This document shows positions 9,960 through 15,791 of a DNA stretch of 15,791 nt, in pieces. The notes below the pieces were generated by a model that saw only the letters and a list, made by a program, of their open reading frames with translations, did not search any database and was not told the DNA's origin. The DNA is taken from positions 1 through 15,791 of the forward strand of contig NW_021825399.1 in NCBI RefSeq assembly GCF_006345805.1, given 5' to 3'. The stretch is from Octopus sinensis. Its lineage: Eukaryota. Position 1 is the stretch's first letter; each line of letters opens with the position of its first letter. A program made the translations under genes and the position numbers.

Positions 9960-10172
9960 TTTCTGAGAAAGGTTCTCAGACCTGAACTTCAGTTGGAATA
10001 TTACGATGATTATATCGTCGCCAATATTTGTCTAGGGCTTTATTTTATCGACCTAGGAAAATTAAAAAGTGAATTTCACCTCGCTGAGATTTGAACTCTG
10101 ATCAAAAATAACCTGAACCAAAGTGCACTAAAGGATTTTGTTCAAAGCTCTAAAGATTCTGCTAATCCACAG
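9960..10172 (-). mobile_element. Very old Nin-domain SINE copy
   Basis: TTTATTTTATCGACCTAGGAAA...ACCTCGCTGAGATTTGAACTCTGA...CTAAAGATTCTGCTA retains the same motifs in the same order. Confidence 0.55.
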
Positions 10173-10279
10173 CTCTGAATACAAACATAAAACATACACA
10201 CATACATACACTCACACACACAAACATTCATATATTCCTATATATTTATGCTTATATATATATATCATTTATCTATTAT

Positions 10280-10470
10280 CTTTTATTAGACTGCGGCCAT
10301 GCTGGGGCACCGGCCTAAAGAATATTAGTCGAACGAATCGATCCCGATATTTATTCTTTAGGTTATGTCGATATTTATTCTATAGGTTATGTCGAACCGC
10401 TAAATTACAAATGCGTAAACACACCAACACCGGTTGTCAAGTGGTGACAGGGCACAACTAGGACACAAAG
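10280..10470 (-). mobile_element. 3' half of a second SINE-like family
   Basis: TTAGACTGCGGCCATGCTGGGGCACC...CGAACCGCTAAATTAC...CGTAAACACACCAACAC is the reverse complement of motifs in 13012-13243. Contains a 24-bp tandem duplication (10345-10392). Orientation inferred from the A-rich tail. Confidence 0.7.
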
Positions 10471-10495
10471 GTACAAAGGTACACAAACTCATATA

Positions 10496-10541
<46 letters not shown>

Positions 10542-10891
10542 TGTGTGCCTGTGTATTTGAAAGTCTATGAGGATTGCTTCATTTTGAAGTGAAAAGGTGA
10601 TATTTCAAAAAATCCTTTTTTAAAAAATGTTCTGGAATCTGTTATGAGGATTTTACTAATCTTTTTTGAGAAGTTTATGTGTGCGTATATATATATATGG
10701 GAATCCGACAGGTGGGAGCACTGGACATATATGGCGCTTTTACACCTTTTTTTTGTTATAAGAGAGAGTTTTTCTGTGTCCCCCTGGTAACGGCACTGAA
10801 CTTACCTTTGGAAGTTGAAATATATCACAAACATATAACGAATCTAAAGTTCGTTTATGCCTAAACACTGCTTGGCGCTGATATTACTGTA

Positions 10892-10922
<31 letters not shown>

Positions 10923-10930
10923 TATATATA

Positions 10931-11171
10931 TTGGGTTGGTGCATAATTATTGCGGCACGTTTTTTGTTTCAACAAATTTTATTCACCAAATCAATAACAA
11001 TATTTAACAAAAATATCTTTAAATGACGGTCTGACGTCTGCCAAGCTAAAGGGAAGCAGTAATTGAAGTAGATGGTGAATATGCTCCGGAATAACCATGT
11101 GAAGATGGTTTTGTTACATGTTGTTATTGTTTTTGTTGAAAAAAAGACGCAATAATTATGCATCAACCCAA
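10931..11171 (+). mobile_element. Mariner-derived MITE / internal-deletion derivative (Hsmar1-like TIR), 241 bp
   Basis: TIRs TTGGGTTGGTGCATAATTATTGCG and CGCAATAATTATGCATCAACCCAA (23/24), flanked by TA on both sides. Internal RLPS*REAVIEVDGEYAPE* (11035-11094) matches the mariner C-terminus L..RW..VI..DGEY. Confidence 0.92.
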
Positions 11172-11178
11172 TACATAC

Positions 11179-11229
<51 letters not shown>

Positions 11230-11383
11230 CATACATACATACATATATATGTATATATATAAAACATGTATATCTTACAGGCTGTCTCGGTATTCCTTGC
11301 ATTTTCTCTTTCTCTTTCCCTCTCCTTATCATCATCATCATCATCATCATCACCACTCTCCACACTATATCTGTCACACGCAG

Positions 11384-11421
<38 letters not shown>

Positions 11422-11643
11422 ATCCCTCCACCCGTCCACTCTCAACCGCCGCATCCTCTCCAAAACAGCTAAACCAGCTTGTTTCGCAACGATAAGCCTT
11501 ATCCCATGCTAAGGTCATTTCACATTGTCACAAACAAACAATGGACGATTCTCTCTCTTCTCTATATATCACACATCTTCCCTATCGGCTGCTTCCGTTG
11601 GCTAATGGGCTAAACCTGTCTATTGTCCCCTGTCACATTCACC

Positions 11644-11707
<64 letters not shown>

Positions 11708-11732
11708 CACTACAACTACTACAACAACAACA

Positions 11733-11763
<31 letters not shown>

Positions 11764-11791
11764 AGGTGCTGCTGCTATCACTTCTGCTATT

Positions 11792-11823
<32 letters not shown>

Positions 11824-11848
11824 GGTGGTAGTAGTAGTAGTGGTAGTA
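11644..11848. repeat. (CTA)n/(CAA)n array followed by (GTA)n/(GGT)n array
   Basis: Read directly from the sequence. Confidence 0.95.
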
Positions 11849-11849
11849 T

Positions 11850-12320
11850 ACCACATGCACTCACATGCACACACACATATATGTATATGTATAAACGTAC
11901 ATTCATACACATACTCTCATGCATGCACACTTACACACACACACACACACTATCTGTCTCAAACATCCACACGCATACACTTACATATTCGAACACACAT
12001 TCACACACAACACACACATTTACACTGATGTACAAATAAACACACACACACACACACACATATATATAAATATATATACATATATAAACATACATATATA
12101 TATGTGTATACAAACATACATATATGCATATATATATGCCCAGTCACACTCACACGCGCACATATATATACTCACATAAGAATAAACATATATATATATA
12201 TATATATATAATATATATGCGCATATATATACATAAATGCCCACAGTCACACACACACACTGGGATTACTGTACAGACACATACACACGCACATTGCACA
12301 CACACAGACACACACATTGC
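11850..12320. repeat. Degenerate (CA)n/(TA)n low-complexity tract
   Basis: Read directly from the sequence. Confidence 0.85.
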
Positions 12321-12690
12321 ATAATCTTTCTGGTGTGAATCTCTTAATGATTGTCAAAGCTGTTTTAAAACTCTATTTTACGTGACGTGTGCGGCGGGGT
12401 TGAAATGTGAGCGGACGCTGAAGTAGGTTCTTCTAAGATGGCGAACGGGAGGATGATGAGGAAGAAGTGTGATTGAGTTTGCGGTGGTAATTATAATTGC
12501 GTTGAGGTTAGTGATGATGAGGAGCTGTTCGAGCACATTACGCAGATACACACACGCGCACACACACACACAAACACGTATATATACATACATATATATG
12601 TATATTTAATGTAGGATAAATTTTTTTCGAAAAAAAAAATTTATCAATGGCCAGCATATTAAAAAATACCTTTAAAGGTTAAAATTATAA

Positions 12691-12966
12691 ACAACTTATA
12701 AATAAGGGCAAACGAAAAAATTTCTAATGCCAAATATGCCGAAATTGGACATATTGTCCATAACCATATAATTTTTCACAATACGCTACGAACTAACCCT
12801 CAAATCGGTCCGATATGGTAATAATGGAATTTTTTAGAAATTTCTGTCGGCATTTTTTTTCGAGTAGCGTGCGTATTGTGAAAAATTATATGGTTATGGA
12901 CAATATGTCCAATTTCGGCATATTTGGCATTAGAAATTTTTTCGTTTGCCCTTATTTATAAGTTGT
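12691..12966. repeat. Perfect 96-bp inverted repeat with 84-bp spacer
   Basis: 12691-12786 is the exact reverse complement of 12871-12966 by manual comparison. Confidence 0.95.
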
Positions 12967-12968
12967 AC

Positions 12969-12999
<31 letters not shown>

Positions 13000-13011
13000 T
13001 GTATACATCTA

Positions 13012-13243
13012 TGTGTTTGTGTTTCTGTGTCTGTGTTTGTCTTCCACCAAAAACTGACAACAGATGTTGGTGTGTTTACGTCTCCGTAACTTAGCGGTTC
13101 GGCAAGCGATCGATAGAATAGGAATCAGGCTTGAAAACATATATAATAAGTACTGGAGTTTAATCATTCGACTACAAATTCTCCGAGGTGGTGCCCCAGT
13201 ATGGCCGCAGTCTAATGACAGAAACAACTAAAAGGTAAAAGAT
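13012..13243 (+). mobile_element. 3' half of SINE-like family (same as 10280-10470)
   Basis: GTTGGTGTGTTTACG...GTAACTTAGCGGTTCGGC...GGTGCCCCAGTATGGCCGCAGTCTAATGACAGAAACAACTAAAAGGTAAAAGA, with an A-rich repeated tail. Confidence 0.75.
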
Positions 13244-13305
13244 ACATACACACACACACACACACATATATATATAAACAGTATGTGTGTGTGTGTGTGT
13301 GTGTG

Positions 13306-13511
13306 CAGTAATCCCTCGACTATCGTGGATATTACGTTCCAAAACCTCGAACAGAAATAATTAAAATCTAAAGAGGTGTAAATATCTGTTGGTCGCAGAA
13401 ACCCGCAAAATACTGAGAAGTCCGCGATATAGATTTACATATATTAGCCAGAAAAATCCGCGATGTACTGAGCGCGTGATAGGTGAACCGCAATATGGCG
13501 AGGGATTACTG
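13306..13511. mobile_element. pogo/Tigger-like MITE, second copy
   Basis: Begins CAGTAATCCCTCGACTATCG and ends CAATATGGCGAGGGATTACTG-TA, giving a 13-bp perfect terminal inverted match. Both ends are shared with 9291-9585. Confidence 0.85.
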
Positions 13512-13535
13512 TATATATATATATATATATAATTG

Positions 13536-13652
13536 ATATTTAGCAGAAGTAAGAGAGTGACTCAAGAGCAGAGAGTTTCGTACGTTAGCACTTATCCAAC
13601 TAACGCAAGAACTTCTCAGCCCTTGAGACACTCTGCCACCTCTGCTAAATAT
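13536..13652. repeat. Imperfect 53-bp inverted repeat with 11-nt loop
   Basis: 13536-13588 versus the reverse complement of 13600-13652 gives 42/53 ungapped matches. Confidence 0.9.
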
Positions 13653-13703
13653 TCTTGCATAATTTAATTCTTCCGCTCACAGTCTATATTATAATATGCG
13701 TGC

Positions 13704-13748
13704 TGGGATTCGTCAGCTTCGACTGATACAGGCGACTGACGAGTCCCA
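13704..13748. repeat. Short hairpin TGGGATTCGTCAG...CTGACGAGTCCCA
   Basis: 13-bp outer stem with one G-U pair on the plus strand; further inner pairing is possible. Confidence 0.8.
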
Positions 13749-13904
13749 AAGTAACAGAAATGCGTATCTAACCACAACAGATGCTAATATATTATTGTGT
13801 ATTTTAAACAGTACGTCTATAAGAGATATTCTCTTAGAACGAATGCTTCAGTTGATTAGGCATTTTTACGAGGCATCTCTTTTAAGTATGATACACTGAT
13901 TGGT

Positions 13905-14098
13905 ATGTATGTTATATATATATATATATATATATATAAATATATATATATTATATATATATATATATATACATATTACATATATATATACATATATATA
14001 TGTATAATGTATGTATGTATGAATGTACGTATGTATGTATATATATATATGTATGTATGTATGTATGTTGTATATATATTATATATATATATATATAA
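13905..14098. repeat. (TA)n/(TATG)n tract
   Basis: Read directly from the sequence. Confidence 0.95.
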
Positions 14099-14353
14099 AT
14101 GTTTCGAGTAGGCGTAGCTATACCAATAACCTGGTGTTAGAACTCAATGCACATTCGCTTCAGAGTAAAGCGTTAGTCGGGTGCAGAGCGTATTATAAAA
14201 ATAAAGGAACAGGAAATTATCAGATGAACTTCATAAGGTAACGGTTGTTTCTGCTATAAGGTGCACAAGCATTCAGCTCTGAGTGCAGCGTATCCTGTTG
14301 CCGAAGAGTCTGTCAGCTAATGGAGTTAATATCATAAATTTCAGATTCTTACA

Positions 14354-14561
14354 TATGTATGTATGCATGCATGTATGTATGTATTAATGTATGTATGTAT
14401 TAATGTATGTATGTATGTATGTATGTATGTATGTATGTATGTATGTATGCATGTATGTATGCATGCATGCATGCATGCTTGTATGTATGTATGTATGTAT
14501 GTATGTATGCATGCATGTATGTATCTATGTATGTATGTACGTATATATGTATGTATGTATG

Positions 14562-14595
<34 letters not shown>

Positions 14596-14612
14596 TGTAT
14601 TTATGTATTATG
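14354..14612. repeat. (TATG)n array with CATG variants
   Basis: Read directly from the sequence. Confidence 0.95.
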
Positions 14613-14639
14613 TATTCGTAGTTTCTCTATTCTACTTCT

Positions 14640-15791
14640 GTTGAACCACTTCTCTGTATTTTCTCTACTCTCACTACTACTACTACTACTACCACAACCA
14701 TCTCGCATCTCTCCAAACTCCAGCTCTCAAATACCGCCATTATCTCCTTCAGTTTATTCATTATCATATTCCTTTCTCTTCTCTTTCTCCTTCATTCAAC
14801 TTAAACTCATCCTCTTAGCCTTTCCAATTATTCTCTCTCTGTCTTCCCAATTCTCTTTCACTCTTCCATGACTTCACGCCTCCCATCTTCTCTCTTTACA
14901 TACACTCTACCTTTACGTCTTTTATTATTTTCCTTGTGTCCCTCCCCCCATTCTCTATTTCTTTCCTTATCCTATTTCTTTTACTCTCCTTGTGTGCTTT
15001 CACAGTTTATCACTGTTTATTCACATCGTCCATTACTAACCATTCATTTTCTACGTTTTGTTTCTCCTGCCTTTCTTTTTCTATTGGTAACTTCTTCCTT
15101 TATCGGTAAACCTCTTTGCACCTTCATATAACGATTGTTTTCTTTTAAAACTACTTCACCCTATCGCCATTCGTGTTTATTTCATTTTGCTTTAGTTGCT
15201 AAACCTCCGTCCATTTTTTCGTCCACTTGTTTCTCTAGATTACTTCCCTTGTGCCACTCTTCTTACTTAACCTTTTTTTCTGGTTTCCCTAGTTGTCTGA
15301 GACCCTTATCTCTGTTTATCATTCACTCTTCGCCACTCCTTCTTTTGATGTGATTCCTTCTTATATTTTTATCTTCTTCTTCAGAGTTAATCCTGTTCCC
15401 TTTCTCTTCGTCTTCGTTCTTTTCATTTCCAGTTTTTTTCCCAATATTGAAACGATGTTACCTATTTCCCCCTTCGCTTTGTTTTTCTTTTTCTTTCTCT
15501 GCCTCACTTTCTTCTTTCCTGCTTTTCTTTCTCTCTTTCTTTCTTTCCCCCCTTTATTGTTCATTTTCTTTTTCTCCTTCAATCTTTCGTATTTTCTTTC
15601 TGTTTTTATCCCTTTGTTTCTTCATTCCATCTTCCTTAACTTTCGTATTTCTTTCTTCTCCTTCTTACCATTTTATTCCTTGTATTTCTTTTTTACCTTC
15701 CTTTCCCCTTTATTACTTCATTCTTTGTTTTTTGTTTTCTCTCTTACTCTTCCGTAAATTCTTTCTCCACTCCCACCCCACCCCCGCTTTC
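14640..15791. other. Long pyrimidine-rich (C/T) low-complexity tract
   Basis: Strong strand asymmetry, increasing toward the window end. ORFs here are F/L/S- or K/R/E-rich artefacts. Confidence 0.85.

Noticed and set aside
10807-10886. Minus-strand exon candidate (TTACAG acceptor, AAG/GTAAGT donor)
   Set aside because: All three frames contain stops. It could only be non-coding, and nothing else supports it.
14164-14237. Plus-strand exon candidate (CTTCAG ... AG/GTAACG; SKALVGCRAYYKNKGTGNYQMNFI)
   Set aside because: Weak pyrimidine tract and no recognisable homology; the island may be a repeat fragment.
6070-14871. Dozens of ORFs of the YIYI, MYVC, THTH, LSIY and poly-T/L/V types
   Set aside because: They are translations of microsatellites that lack stop codons; there is no coding signal.
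14868-15757. Hydrophobic F/L/S-rich ORFs resembling membrane proteins
   Set aside because: They are a compositional artefact of the pyrimidine-rich strand.

Overview
This is AT-rich, microsatellite-dense eukaryotic non-coding DNA (intron or intergenic). The SINE types and tandem-repeat load resemble a coleoid cephalopod (Octopus-like) genome; that assignment is an inference. There is no intact protein-coding gene, and almost all ORFs in the track are translations of simple repeats. Recognisable content is decayed mobile DNA: a mariner transposase 5' end, a mariner-derived MITE, two pogo/Tigger-like MITEs, a Helentron/DINE-like element enclosing a Ty3/Gypsy integrase fragment, Nin-domain and CORE-type tRNA SINEs, and five 3'-end fragments (four lineages) of restriction-like-endonuclease (RLE; R4/Dong-like) non-LTR retrotransposons sitting in (TAA)n or (CATA)n arrays. 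One RLE copy has a twin-priming-type 5' inversion and was later tandemly duplicated. Three fold-back structures lie at 12.7-13.75 kb, and there is one candidate 90-nt exon. I see no clear evidence of a wholly new biological system; the best leads concern retroelement biology and dsRNA structure.
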